Shown here: positions 1 through 12,092 of the stretch, piece by piece | Layout of the letters: each line of letters opens with the position of its first letter | Numbering within the stretch: the stretch's first letter is position 1 | Assembly (NCBI RefSeq): GCF_030028105.1 | Contig: NC_092400.1 | Coordinates: 30,648,206-30,712,205 of the forward strand | Reading direction: 5' to 3' | Source: Mobula birostris | Lineage: Eukaryota | DNA: 64,000 nucleotides | The notes under the pieces: model-generated | Told to the model about the DNA's origin: nothing | The model's database searches: none | The model's input: the letters and a program-made list of their open reading frames with translations, nothing else | Made by a program: the position numbers and the translations under genes

Positions 1-318
1 TGATTTCAGGGAGGTAGCACCATCAACTTGCGGGAGAGTTCCGGGAGGGGTGGGAAGTCTGCAATAGAGTAGCTCCTTTGCAGCTGGCCAGCTAGTGTAA
101 ATAACGTTAGCTATGCTAATGAACAAATGACACCTCTTAAACTCATCTCAACATGTCTTTTACAGTCTTAACCCACCATGGGCAACAGAAAAGTCATTGT
201 TGCAAACAGGGCAGCGAGCAACACTGTCATTATTTTGACCCCTATTAGGCAGGGGTACACTTTAGTGTAGTCTGGGGTGACGAACGTTTTATAATTTTTT
301 TGGAACACTCTGCCATGG

Positions 319-370
<52 letters not shown>

Positions 371-608
371 ATCGCTTGCGCTCTCGCTGGCTTTCTCGTT
401 CGCTCGCGCGCTCGCTTGCCTTCGCGCTCTCTCACTTTAGCGCGCGCGCTCTCTCTCTCGTGGACGCTCTCGCGCTCTCTCTTGCTTTTCTCTCGCTTGC
501 TCTCAAAAAAATTGATTTCCGTGATATTGTATATAATTTTCGGGCATCAGGGAGCCATTATTAATATGCGGGAGACTCCTGGAAGTTCCGGGAGAGGTGG
601 GATGTCTG
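1..608. mobile_element. Non-autonomous hAT-like DNA transposon, left end outside the window, with an internal (CT)n expansion
   Basis: Inverted copy of the element at 5133-5640. It ends in the same TIR, GGTGGGATGTCTG (596-608), and shares the subterminal repeats. Confidence 0.7.
319..370. repeat. (CT)n microsatellite
   Basis: Directly visible. Confidence 0.95.
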
Positions 609-736
609 CATCTCCCTCCACATGAACTGCTTGACCCACGGTGTTCCTCAAACAGGAGAAAATCTGCAGATGCTGTATATCCAAAGCAACACACACAAAA
701 TGCTGGAGGAGCTCAGCGTCTATGGAAAAGAGTGCA

Positions 737-774
737 CAGTCGACGTTTCAGGACGTGACCCTTCATCAGGATTG
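737..774 (-). ncRNA. Minimal type I hammerhead ribozyme motif in a Penelope-like element terminus
   Basis: Minus strand reads CAATC-CTGATGA-AGGGTCACGTCCT-GAAA-C-GTC-GACTG. This gives the conserved CUGAUGA and GAAA boxes, stem II AGG/CCT, a GUC cleavage triplet and stem I with one mismatch. Confidence 0.6.
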
Positions 775-1254
775 GGAATAGGGGTGGGCAGGAGGTGGAC
801 TGTCATTTCATCTTTTTTTTTATCCCCAGTCCTGAAGAAGGGCCTCGGCTCGAAGTGTAGGCTGTTCACTCTTTTCCACAGATGCTGCCTGACCTGCTGA
901 GTTTCTCCAGTGTTTTGTGCGTTACGCGATTCCAGCACCCGCTTTCTTTCGCGAAGCCAGTTTACCGAGGCCGACTGTGTAAAATAGCTAAACAAGCATC
1001 GCAAAACCATAAACGTATCGCTGTGGGAAGCAGGAGCGGCCATTTCACCTGCTCTACAGTTCAGTGATAATCCCGATTGACGTTCCCCTTGCCGCCACTT
1101 CTCTGCAGTCACTCCAAATCCATCGAATCCCTTTCTATAAAGTTTCTTTTTCTGATTAACCTTTCTCTCCCTCTATATTGTCAACTGTAACCTGAAGACT
1201 ACGGTTCAGAGAATTGTATGTTATATACAGTACTTTATATTCAAAGAAAAAATC

Positions 1255-1665
1255 AAATGAAAGTGAGAACTTTGAGATTACCAAATAAAGCCTTACAATT
1301 CTTGGCAGTACAGGGAATAGGGACGAATTTATAGAAAGATCTGATCTACAAGATGTCTTCTGTGCCTTTTACTCCGCACCGACTCTCAGCTCTGCGCCGT
1401 ATCTGTGTGGGCTTCTTCTGAGCGCTGCCGATCTACTTTCCGGTGTCAGACCCGTCTCCGCCTTCCTCCGCCCGCTATTTTTTATTTTCCGCGCTGGTTT
1501 CGGACCCTCGCCGAGCCGCTGTCCTGATTGCACAGCCCTGATGGTGACGGTGTCGACAAACAAACCAACCAGATTCCAGCCAGACTTCCCGGGAAATTCC
1601 CCTGCCGTGTTTGGAAAAAGTCTCCATCCTGTTCCAGGGTTGAAGATTATCGGCTATCTCATTGA
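1255..1665 (-). promoter_or_regulatory. Promoter and putative non-coding exon 1 of a third, diverged ISG15-like paralog (coding exon expected left of the window)
   Basis: Colinear homology to about 8240-8650 and 16440-16850. Candidate donor GTAAGG at 1296-1291 (minus). NF-kB site GGGAAATTCC at 1591-1600. Confidence 0.7.
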
Positions 1666-1669
1666 ACCC

Positions 1670-3041
1670 TCAGGAAGGCTAAACGAAGGCATGCTCTAGC
1701 AGATAAACTGAAGAAGAATCCCAAGGGCTTCTACAGATAAATTACGAGGAACAAAATTGGTCCTCTTGAAGATCAGAGTGGTCATCAATGCATGAGGCCG
1801 AAAGAGACGGAGGTGGGGTGGGGGGAGAGATTTTAAACGGATTTTTTTTTTGCATCTGTATTTACTCATGAGACCGATACAGAGTCTTTAGGAATGAGCA
1901 ACACAGCAGTGAGGTCACAGACCGTATACGGATTACAGAGGAGGAGCTGGTTACTGTCTTGAGGCAAATCAGAGTGAATAAATCCCCAGGGCCTGACAGG
2001 GTGTTTCCTTTGACCTTGTGGGAGGCGAGTGAAGAAAATGCAGCGACCTGAGCAGAGATATTGAAACGTCCATAGCAACAGAAGAGGTGTCGGATGACTG
2101 GCTAATGTTTTTCCGTTGTTTAAGAAAGGCGGGAAATTATAGGTCACTGAGCCTGCTATCAGAGTGGGAAAGTGTTTGGAAGTTATTTTACGGGACAGTA
2201 TTGTCACGTACCCGGTGACGGGTTAAAGAACCGGCAGAAATATAAAACACTTTGGAGTCCAGTATTGCTATTAACTAATAATACTTATTAGTAACTACGC
2301 AATACAGTGATATATATGCAGGTAAATCAAACAGGTTAGCAATAATCATATGTAAGTAAGTGTGCAAAAATATATGAAAACCAAGCTTCTTCAAGTGTAG
2401 GAGTAAATAGCCTTACGATGATGAGTAAAGTTCAGTTCAGTTCGTGGTGTTGAGTTGAGTAGTGATGGAGAGAGAGAGGGGAGAGATTTGAGTCTTCAGG
2501 TGAATTGACGCCGTCGATCTTCCCGTCGTCCTCTGAAATCCTTTAAAAGGCACCGACTGTGACTTCAACAAAGGGGACCATTTTTCTGTGGTGGAATCAT
2601 CAACCCAGGCAAAGGTTGGACACATGGATCACTCCCCACGGGTCACTCCTTTTTCTCACTGCAAGAGCCACTGATCGATCCTCCAAAAACCCACTTTTTT
2701 TTGTGGGCACAACAAAGCTCATTCAGTGTCTAAAAACATGAGCCTGAGGTCTATCATCTGACCTCCTATTTATCTCACTGTACTGAGTACCAACTGTCAC
2801 TCAAATAACTCCTCCCATCTCTGTCTGTGTAAGAGTGTACTAGCATGCCATGTCCTTGGGAAGTATAAGCACCCTGCCGAAAAAATCATAACATCGATTG
2901 TCCATCAAATGATGCCGCCCTCGGTCACCATAGCAACTTACGAGCTGCTCAGTGCTCTCTCTCTCCAATTGAGCAGAAATCCAAAAGTTAATCCCAGTTC
3001 CTCCTCGTGCCTTAAAGTGACAGTCCAAAAGTTAGTCTTTG

Positions 3042-3072
<31 letters not shown>

Positions 3073-3430
3073 TTTCAAAACAAGATGTTGGTGTTAAATA
3101 ACTCTCTCTCTTCAAAAACACAGTTCATAGGGGTAATCGAGCACAGTTTCTATTCAGGGCTAATTCAGGACTCCATCACAGTATATATAAGTATTTGGAT
3201 AGGCAAGGATTGATTAGGGATAGTCAACAGGGCTTTATGCGTCGTAGGTCGTGTCTAACCAAATTTATAGAATTTTTGCAGAAAGTTACCAGGAAAATTG
3301 ATGAAGGTAGAGCAGTGGATGTTGTCTACATGAACTTTAGCAAGTCCTTTGACAAGGTCCTGCATGGGAGGTTTGTCAGAAAGATTCAGTCACTTGACTT
3401 TCAGGATGAGTTAGTAAATTAGACATTGGC
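1670..3430 (+). mobile_element. Degenerate CR1 LINE ORF2 fragment interrupted by a solo LTR
   Basis: The 3195-3422 peptide (SQQGFMRRRSCLTKFIEF...VDVVYMNFSKSFDKV) is CR1 reverse transcriptase. It continues the 1670-2201 segment across the LTR. Confidence 0.8.
2202..3180. mobile_element. Solo LTR, about 0.98 kb
   Basis: TGTCAC...ATCACA termini with a 4-bp target-site duplication GTAT (2198-2201 and 3181-3184) inside CR1. Confidence 0.8.
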
Positions 3431-5132
3431 TGCAGATCCCACAGCACAGAAATATACCATTCTATGTCAGCAAATATCCATCCATACTAATCCCACTTTT
3501 CAGTTCCCTGTCTCTGGCCTTACATGACATGCTGCTTCATGCACATTGAAATACAGTGGATTCTAGTTAGTTAGGACACATTGGGACCAAAGTATGTGGC
3601 TGCCCCAATTAGCTGAAGTCTCATGGAAAAGTTAATCTGATAGGAAAGGACAATGGACCATGGAAAGAGATGGGGAACCAGAGAAGTGATGGGCAAGTCA
3701 TGAAGGTGGGGAGGAAGGTGGTGAGAGGATGAACAAAATGGGAAAAACTAAAGGGTGGACACATTGGAGTGATTACTTACCGGAAGTTCAAGGTAAATGC
3801 TGTCAGGTTAAAGACTACACAGACAAAATATGAGGTGTTCCTCTTTCAACTTGTATTTGGCTTCATCATGGCAGAGTCCTAAGTAGTCCTTCCAGGTGAG
3901 GTGGACATTCACATGCATCTCCTATGGCCTTGTTTAATGTACCAGGTGCTTCCGACGTGGTGTTCTCTACATTGGTGAGATCAAGTGCAAACTAAGCCTT
4001 CCTCTCATATCAGATTATATCATCTGCAGCTCTTTATCACCTCCCAGCTTCTGTCACCATTCCCACTCTCCCTCCTCCATCTGCCGCTTCATCCCTTCTC
4101 ACCTGGATCGATCTGTCGTCTGGGGCATCAATGAAGGACCTCCATCTCCATCTGTACAGAAGGTTTCTTCATTGCTGTTTCTGTGACAATTGTTTTTTGA
4201 CCAGTCACTGTTCTTATCCATGAGCTGAACACCTGAACCTGGAAGTATGGTGGTCCACTGTTAGTCTGCCCTCTACCCTTTGACCTGTTTGGCACAGGTG
4301 ACCTTACCTAGAACCAAAGCACAAGGCCCTCACTGCTCTCCAGGTCACTGAGGCACGCAATCCTCCAAACTCTACGACAAGGTTGTGGTCCTCTTAGAGT
4401 AGATTTACCCGAGCAATCATTAACTATTTGAGATGTCAGGTGGGCATTTCTAATACTCAGTGTAAACATTCTAAAAATTGTGGGATCATATAATTTGTAT
4501 AATGATTAAGTTAATATGCAGAATTATCTTCTGGCATGTGTTACTGTCTTAATTATCTTGGGGGCTCAACTCAGAATTGAAAAAATGTTGAACCAAAAAA
4601 TCAGATTCCACCTAATTCTTAAAATGCATGGACTAATTGACAGGTTTGTTTTATTTCACCTCTTCTTGGTCCAACAGAAGTCTTTTAGTTTTTAAAAGAA
4701 AAAATGGGACAATTTTGAAATCATAATTTAAAGTTAATTGATTATTCAGGTTTTAAAAGACAAAAGGATCAGTTTGGCCTCGCTACATCAGCAAAATTGG
4801 AGGTAAGTTTAAATTCAGAACCTTAATACCATCTGCCCCAATCAAACGTGTTTCCATTTCAGTTAGATCTATATCCAAAGCAAGGGGCTGGCATATATGC
4901 AAATGTGTTGGAACAGGAAATTCATACTGCAACTTTCGAAAACTGTTTTCACAATTCCATGCATAATGATGTAGGAAAGGGAGTAAGTGAAGTAGGAGTA
5001 ACACACAGTGGGGAATAGTGACAGTTAAACTTCAATATTTGCTTGGGGTATAATAAGAAATAATGCAGAATAGCTTATATAATAATTCCATTGTGTAAAG
5101 TGTGTAATGTGAATTGGGTTTTTTGGGATTCT

Positions 5133-5640
5133 CAGACATCCCACCTCTCCTGGAAGTTTCGGGAGTCTCCTGCATATTAATAGCGGATCCCTGATGCCCA
5201 CAAAGAATACAAAATGTCCTGGAAATCAATTTTTTTTTGAGAGAGTATGAGAGCAAGAGTGACCATGAGAGAGACAGAACGCATGCCATGGCAGAGTGTT
5301 CCAAAAAAATAAAATATAAAACGTACATCACCCCAGGCTACACTAAAGTGTACCCCTGCCTAATAGGGGTCAAAAATAATGACAGTGTTGCTCGCTGCAC
5401 TGTTTGCAACAGTAACTTTTCTATTGCCCATGGTGGGTTAAGACTGTAAAAGACATGCTGAGGTGAGTTTAACATGTGTCATTCATTCATTAGCATAGCG
5501 AACATTATTTAAACTAGCTGTCCAGCTGCTCAGGAGCTACTCTATTGCAGAAATCCCACCTCTCCCAGAAGTTCCAGGAGTCTCCCGCAAATTGATGATG
5601 CTACTTCCCTGAAAGGAGTTTTTGCAGGGTGGGATGTCTG
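5133..5640 (+). mobile_element. Non-autonomous hAT-like DNA transposon
   Basis: Perfect 13-bp TIRs CAGACATCCCACC / GGTGGGATGTCTG and a 6-bp TSD GATTCT. Absent from the paralogous site near 13840. Carries a remnant BED-like Zn-finger peptide (ARCTVCNSNFSIAHGG). Confidence 0.8.
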
Positions 5641-5764
5641 GATTCTTGTACATGATTCAAATGCTACAATCAAACTTTGGTCAAGATACTTCATCTCTTA
5701 CCAAGGTCTATAGACCTAGATGAAAGCAATCACACAGAAATGCCAGTGTTCATGCATTTAGACT

Positions 5765-5770
5765 TTTATT
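5765..5770 (-). terminator. Putative polyadenylation signal of ISG15-like copy 1
   Basis: AATAAA on the minus strand about 670 nt after the stop, conserved in copy 2 (13964-13969). Confidence 0.55.
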
Positions 5771-6439
5771 AAAAAATCATTTCAAATCATCGTGGAAATT
5801 TCAACAGTGAAAATTGCAAAACATTCAGAACTTCAACTAATCTGATTTCATTAAATTTTAATGCTAAAATGAAAATAAAGATCCATTGGAAGAACACAGT
5901 AACTGAAGCAATTAATTCTTGAGGACATGAAGGTAAAGCAGTACGTCATCTCCCCTCCCCCATCAAACCCAATCTTTTTAGTGGGATTTGTTTTAAAACA
6001 TTGTAATTGCCACAAGTTATTTCTGGGTCTCTAAGTGAGACCCGCTTTGTGTGGGAAGTCATGGACCATTAAATTGTGATCAGCCATTGGGAGTTACATT
6101 GATCTGCACAGGAGGTGCAGGTTGCCAGATTTCCTTTGATCTTGTTAATATCTGGCCTCTGCAAAACTGACAACCCATGTTTTCCAGGCTAAGAAGGCAA
6201 CAAGGTGACAAGTGACAAACCTCGATGGGAATTTATGTCATTGTCCGACAGACACCCCATCAGCATAGCATTAATACACAGCGGAAATTGGTCCTTTGTC
6301 CAAATTGTGAATGCCAGTGTGGAACGTAGCAGATAGACAGGATAATGTAACAAAGTGCTAACGACAGAATATAGGAATGCAATAAAATACCAATAAATTA
6401 TTTTTAATCACAGTTTTCTCAACCGTCCGCAGGAGTAAA

Positions 6440-6907
6440 TCAGCCTCCACGTAGCCGGAGCAACAGAGAGATAGTGGTTTGTGGTCTGATGTTGTAGTCG
6501 GAGAGCAATCGCCCATCCTCCAACTGTTTGCCCTCGTAAATCAGGCGCTGCTGGTCGGGTCTGACCCCTTCCTGCCGATGGACCCGCGCTTTAAAATTCT
6601 GCACGGACTCAGAGGGCATTACGTCGTACGTCGTCGTTTTCCCCTTGTCATTCAGGAGAAATATCTGCATGGATTCCTCTTTCCTGACCAGCAACATGAC
6701 GGTGGGGCTGGGGTTGAGGTTGTAGTAGCTCAGACTTCTCTGGTCCTGCATCTCCACGCTTTGGCCATTTTGCACCATCAGACGCTGTTGCAAAATGGGC
6801 ACCTTGGTCTTTTCCTGGATTTTCATCTTGAGAGTCGACACTTGAATGGAAGGGTCGACATCAAGTTCGAAACCATCGCCGGTGATAAACCTCACCTGAA
6901 GTCTCAT
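6440..6907 (-). CDS. isg15: ISG15-like tandem ubiquitin-like modifier, copy 1 (155 aa)
   Basis: Two UBL domains ([10 protein letters not shown]... and [12 protein letters not shown]...[16 protein letters not shown]). Ends in LRLRGG then stop with no pro-peptide, as in fish ISG15. Acceptor ttctcctttctccacag lies 12 nt before the ATG, and an ISRE lies upstream. Confidence 0.92.
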   Translation of the reverse strand: MRLQVRFITGDGFELDVDPSIQVSTLKMKIQEKTKVPILQQRLMVQNGQSVEMQDQRSLSYYNLNPSPTVMLLVRKEESMQIFLLNDKGKTTTYDVMPSESVQNFKARVHRQEGVRPDQQRLIYEGKQLEDGRLLSDYNIRPQTTISLLLRLRGG

Positions 6908-7588
6908 CTTGTCAAATCGCTGTGGAGAAAGGAGAAGTGATTAGAGAGTTTTTACAACAGATGTGCATGAACTATGATGTATTAATATGGCATTGCCTAT
7001 AATATCAACATAATTAGACTATTTACAAAGATCTGTAGACAAGCGGGAAAAGACAGACCCCTCTTTCCCCAGCAGTTCTGAATGTGCGACAGGAATTTTG
7101 AGCCGCAATACTGACAATTGACGGGAGAGGGACTGCGTGAGCCGGTGGGTTTAAACATTTTTGAACTTGATCCGATTAGCGGCAAAAAAATGTGTAAATG
7201 TTACTCATTGGAACCGCAGTAAATGTGCAACTTGTTTAGATTTCTAAACCAGGACCATTCCAACCGCCGCTTAATAGGGAAAAAAATCACTTCTGTCACA
7301 TTGTGTTAATGGTGTACCGGGGAGAGCATTCGGACTTGTTGCATCACCGTCTGATATGGAGGGGCCACGACACAGGGTCAGAAAAAGCTGCTGAGGGTGG
7401 TAAACTCATTCAGCTCCATCATGGGCACCAACAGAGGGTATCTTCAAATGGTGGTACCTCACGGAGAAGGCATCGATCAGTATGGGCCTGCCGGTCATGC
7501 CCGCTTCTCATTGCTACCATCAGTTGGAGCCTGAAGTCTCACGCTCAACGTTTTAGTAACAGATGAACTAATGAACAGTATTTTTGTC

Positions 7589-7592
7589 ACAC

Positions 7593-7632
<40 letters not shown>
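7589..7632. repeat. (CA)n microsatellite in the ISG15 copy 1 intron
   Basis: Directly visible; much shorter in copy 2 (about 15801-15810). Confidence 0.9.
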
Positions 7633-7634
<2 letters not shown>

Positions 7635-8277
7635 GTATATATACTGTGTGTGTGTGCGTGTGTGTGCTATTATAATTTATATTATATGTTATGTACTGCA
7701 TTGTACTGCCGCCCCAAATTCCAAATTTATCGATTTAAATTAGTGGTGATCACCCGAATTCTGATTCTAAATCGATTCTGCTGCGAATGAACTCCATTTT
7801 ACTTTCAACCAAACATTCACCCTCCACCCCCGCTTTCCTGCATAGAAAGTGTTCACTCCTGACCCAGACTTCCCGAGTCACTGAATTCACACGCAAATTA
7901 TTGTCGTGACATGAACGAAGATTTCATGCACCGTTTTAACAAGACCGTCACTCTACATGAGCCGATTGACGGGTTTCACCGAATCGTGAGCCTATCAATC
8001 TGAGAAGCAGGAGTGGCTATTCGGCCTGCACTGCTATTCAATGATATCCCGGATGATCTTTTACCTCGCCGCTAGTTGACAACAATTTGTCGCGTATCCA
8101 TTGCCCCTTTCTGTAAAGTTAGTTTTCTACTAACTTGTTCTCGCCCCGCGTTTTGTCAGCGGTAGAGACTACATTTCCTGCCCGGTTCAGAGGATCTTAG
8201 TAATTTAAATTATATTGTCAATGTTGTAAATAGCTAGATAAAAATGAGAACTTTGAGATAATCAATTAAAGTCTTAC

Positions 8278-8660
8278 ATTCTTTGTCGACAGTACCGGAA
8301 GTCAGGACGAATCTGAAGAAAATCTGATCCGCAGCTTTTTTTCTTTGCCCTTTATTCCGCACCGATTTTCAGCTCCGGTCCGGGTAAATCAATAGAAATT
8401 CTCCAGCTGCTGCTGATCGGTATCACCGCTCCCGCAACTCTGAGTCTCTCCGCCTCCCCCGGCTCGCTTTATCTTCTGCTCCCGTTTCTGAACGTCACCG
8501 CGCCGCTGGGCTGATCTCAAGGCCCGCTGTCGCTGTGTTGACAAACAAACCAATCAGGTTCCAGCCGAAGTTTCGTTTCCGAAAAAATCCCCGCAGTGAA
8601 TTGGAAAAGCGTGCGCCCTGTTACAGGGTTCAACGCTATCGGCTGATTCACTTTCGGATT
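8278..8660 (-). promoter_or_regulatory. Promoter and non-coding exon 1 of ISG15-like copy 1
   Basis: CpG-rich. Candidate donor GTAAGA at 8277-8272. CCAAT at 8550-8554. ISRE AGTTTCGTTTCC at 8569-8580. kB-like GGGGATTTTT at 8583-8592 (minus). IRF-like GAAAGTGAAT at 8646-8655 (minus). The TSS cannot be determined from sequence. Confidence 0.75.
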
Positions 8661-10100
8661 CCGTTCTGGTGTCAGCATCTGCAACAATAACACAGGCACA
8701 GGGAGCCGAGAATGTGAAGCCCGATCTTGACCGAAAAATAACCTGAAACATGTCATCTCTGAATACATTAATCTGGTTCATTCAGTGACGACCTAAGTGA
8801 GAAAATGCACGAATCCACCCAAACAATACAACACAACTGTGCCCAATCCAGATCACCTCTATTTCCCCATCATTCTTGCCCAGATCACCGTGGGCAGACA
8901 GCCGTAGTGTTACCCCGTTTCCCGAGCTTCACCCCATCCAGCATATCAATCTTTTCAACGTCCACCATCTCCACCGTGATTCCACCATTTGTAACAAGTT
9001 CTGCTCAGCACCTCTTTCTGTTTTCGGCATGAACCCCTCGGTCCGTGGCTCACAGGTCCTCAGATCCCTCCCCCCACCCCACCTCCCCCACCCCCACCAG
9101 CGAAACTTCATAGGATGTGTTACAGTTGACCTCTCCAATGGTCAGCCCGCCTCCATCACCAACCAGGTCCCTACAGAGAGACCCAGGAGATCATACAGAC
9201 GCCAGGAATCTTGAAGAGCAGCCAAAATAGTTGGGGGAACTCTGGAGGTCAGGCAGCATCAATGGAGGGAAATGAACATCCATAATTCACTCGAGATCCT
9301 TCATCAGGATTGGAAAGAAAGGGGGTTGAAGCCAGAATAAGGAGGAGGGATGAGAGAGAGGTGGAGTATAAATTAGTGAGGGGGAGAATGGATGGGTGTG
9401 GGAGTGGGGATGATGTGAGAAGATGGGAGGTGATAGGTGTAAGCGCTAAGGGGCTGAAGAAGAAGGAATCTGATCGGAAAGGACAGGAGACCATGGAAGG
9501 AGATGGGGATCCTGGGAGGGTCATGAGGGTGGGGGAGGAAAGAGGTGAGGGGATCACCAAAATAGGAAAAAAACTAAAGGGGGCGTGTTCACCAGAGGTC
9601 AGAGGTTAATGCCATCAGGTTAAAGACTACGCAGACTGAGTATGAGATATTGCCCCCCCCCAGATTGTGTTTGGCTTCATCCTGGCAGTGTCCTAAACTG
9701 CCCTTCCAGGTGAGGCGGACATTCACGTGCGCCTCCCTTGGCTTTCTTTATTGTAGCAACTGCTTCTGATGTGGTGTCCTCTATATTTGTGAGACCAGGT
9801 GGAAATTAGACTGGGAATCTCTTATCAGATTCCATCATCTGCAGCTCTTTATCACCTCCACCCATCACTTCCCAGCTTCTGTCCCCATGTCCACTCTCCC
9901 TCCTCTATCCACCTATCATCCCTTCTCACCTGGATCCTTCTGGTGTTTAGGACAGCAATAAAGGACCTCCATCTCCATCTGGACACAAGGTTTCTTCATT
10001 GCTGTTTCTGTGACAATTATTTTTTGACCAGTCACTGCTCTTATCCATGAGCTGAACACCTGAACCTGGAGATGTGGTGGTCCACTGTTAGAGTGCCCTC

Positions 10101-10652
10101 TGTTAGAGTGAATTTTTTTGGATAGATGATTTGTTTACACTTAAATGACTTTTGCCACCAGACTTCTATTTGACAAAGTACTATGGATTGAGTCCACAAC
10201 AATGCGCTTCCTAAAAAGGTGTGAATACCAGATGCTTCTGGTGCCATAGCTTGACCAGATGCTGTAGTTTCAAAGACAGTATTATCTGTACTTTATAAAT
10301 ATTAATTGTCTTGTATGGTAGCACGTAAAATGCCAGATAAATTTATTGTGGATTTAACTAAAGGCTGTGGATACCAACCCAGACATGCTGGCGTTGGAAG
10401 GAAAGGATGAAATCCAAAGATGTGATGTTTGTATGTAGCTTCAAAAGGAAGTATTGTCTATAACTTTTTAGGTAGTGATGGCCTTTGAGTTTAGCATATA
10501 AATATGTGAACCACATTGGACTAGCAGACCTTTCTACCGGAAGCGTCTCCGTCCATATGATGCCTGCTTGTTGTGTCGAATGTCAAATAAAGAAGCTGGT
10601 TTGAATCTACCAGTGACTCTGACTCTCCAGTAATGTCATCCACGCTACAACA
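10101..10652. mobile_element. Solo LTR, about 0.55 kb, unit 2 only
   Basis: TGTTAGAGTG...CACGCTACAACA termini and a 5-bp TSD CCCTC. The empty site is visible in unit 1 near 4270. Confidence 0.75.
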
Positions 10653-11299
10653 CCCTCTACCTTTTGACCTGTTTGGCACACGTGACCCTACCAAGAGCCA
10701 AAGCAAAAGGCTCTGACTCCAGGCAACATAACTCTCTGGGTCATTGAGGCACACAAGCCTCCAAGTCCTATGACAAGGTTGTGATCCTCTTGGAATAGAT
10801 TCACCTGAGCAATCATTAACTATTTGAGAGGTCAGGTGGACATTGCTAATGCTCAGTGTAAGCATACTAAAAATTGTGGAATCATATAATTTGTTTAAGT
10901 TAATATGTAGAATTATCTTCTGGCATGTGTTAATGCCTTAATTATTATCTTTGGGACTCAGCACAAAATTGAAAAGATGTTAAACCATCAATTTACACCT
11001 AATTCTTAAAATGCACAGACTCATTGATAGATTTGTTTCCTTCGCCTCTTCTTGATCCTGCAGGAGTCTATTAAAGTTCTTAAAGTAAAATTCTAGGACA
11101 GTTAAAGGACAATTTTGAAACCTTTATTCAGGGCTACAGCAATTAATTATTCAGGTTTTAAATGACAAAAGGATCAATTCCACCTCGCTACATCAGTAAA
11201 ATTGGAGGTGAGTTTAAATTCAGAACCTTAATACCATGCGCCCCAATCAAAGGTGGTTCCATTTCAATTAAGATCAATATCTTAAGACAATAATAAGAC

Positions 11300-12092
11300 A
11301 ATAACCTATCCCTCAGCGTCAGCAAGACGAAGGAATTGGTTGTTGACTTCAGAAGGAGTAGTGGACCACACAACCCAATTTACATCGGTGGTGTGCAAGT
11401 GGAACAGGTCAAAAGCTTTAAGTTCCTCAGGGTCAATATCACAAATGATCTGACTTGGTCCAACCAAGCAGAGTTCACTGCCAAGAAGACCCACTAGTGC
11501 CTTTACTTCCTGAGAAAACTAAAGAAATTTGGCCTGTCCCCTAAAACCCTCACTAATTTTTATAGATGCACTGTAGAAAGCATTCTTCTAGGGTGCATCA
11601 CAATCTGGTATGGAAGTTGTCCTGTCGAAGACTGAAAGAAGCTGCGGAAGATCGTGAACATGGCGCAGCACATCACACAAACCAATCTTCCGTCCGTGGA
11701 CTCACTGTACACTGCACGTTGTCGGAGAAGTGCTGCCAGGATAATCAAGGACACCACCCACCCAGCCAACAGACTTTTTGTCCCTCTTCCCTCCGGGAGA
11801 AGGCTCAGGAGCTTGAAGACTCGTACAGCCAGATTTGGGTACAGCTTCTTTTCTACTGTGATAAGACTGCTGAACGGATCCTGAGCTGGATCTGGGCCGT
11901 ACCCTCCAAATATCCGGACCTGCCTCTCAGTTTTTCTGCACTACCTTACATTCCATTTGTCTATTTTATATTTATGATTTATAATTTAAATTTTTAATAT
12001 GTACTAATTTTAACTATTTTTAATATTTAATATTTGTAATCCAGGGAGTGTGAAGTGCAGATTCAAATATCGCTGTGATGATTGTACATTCT
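11300..12092 (+). mobile_element. Rex1/Babar-like non-LTR retrotransposon 3' fragment
   Basis: Decayed ORF2 C-terminus (VEQVKSFKFL...LTNFYRCTVESILLGCITIWYG; SLYTARCRRSAARIIKDTTHPAN). Its 3' UTR is shared with 22250-22727. Confidence 0.7.

Noticed and set aside
6440-6907. Polyubiquitin, NEDD8 or FAT10/UBD assignment for the di-UBL ORFs
   Set aside because: The two domains are dissimilar and far from ubiquitin. The LRLRGG end, the fish-ISG15-like motifs ([21 protein letters not shown]) and the ISRE promoter favour ISG15. FAT10 ends in CYCIGG.
6479-6940. 153-aa and 120-aa plus-strand ORFs overlapping the ISG15 copies (also 14788-15150)
   Set aside because: These are antisense shadows of the real CDS. 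The start is not conserved between copies and no domain is recognisable.
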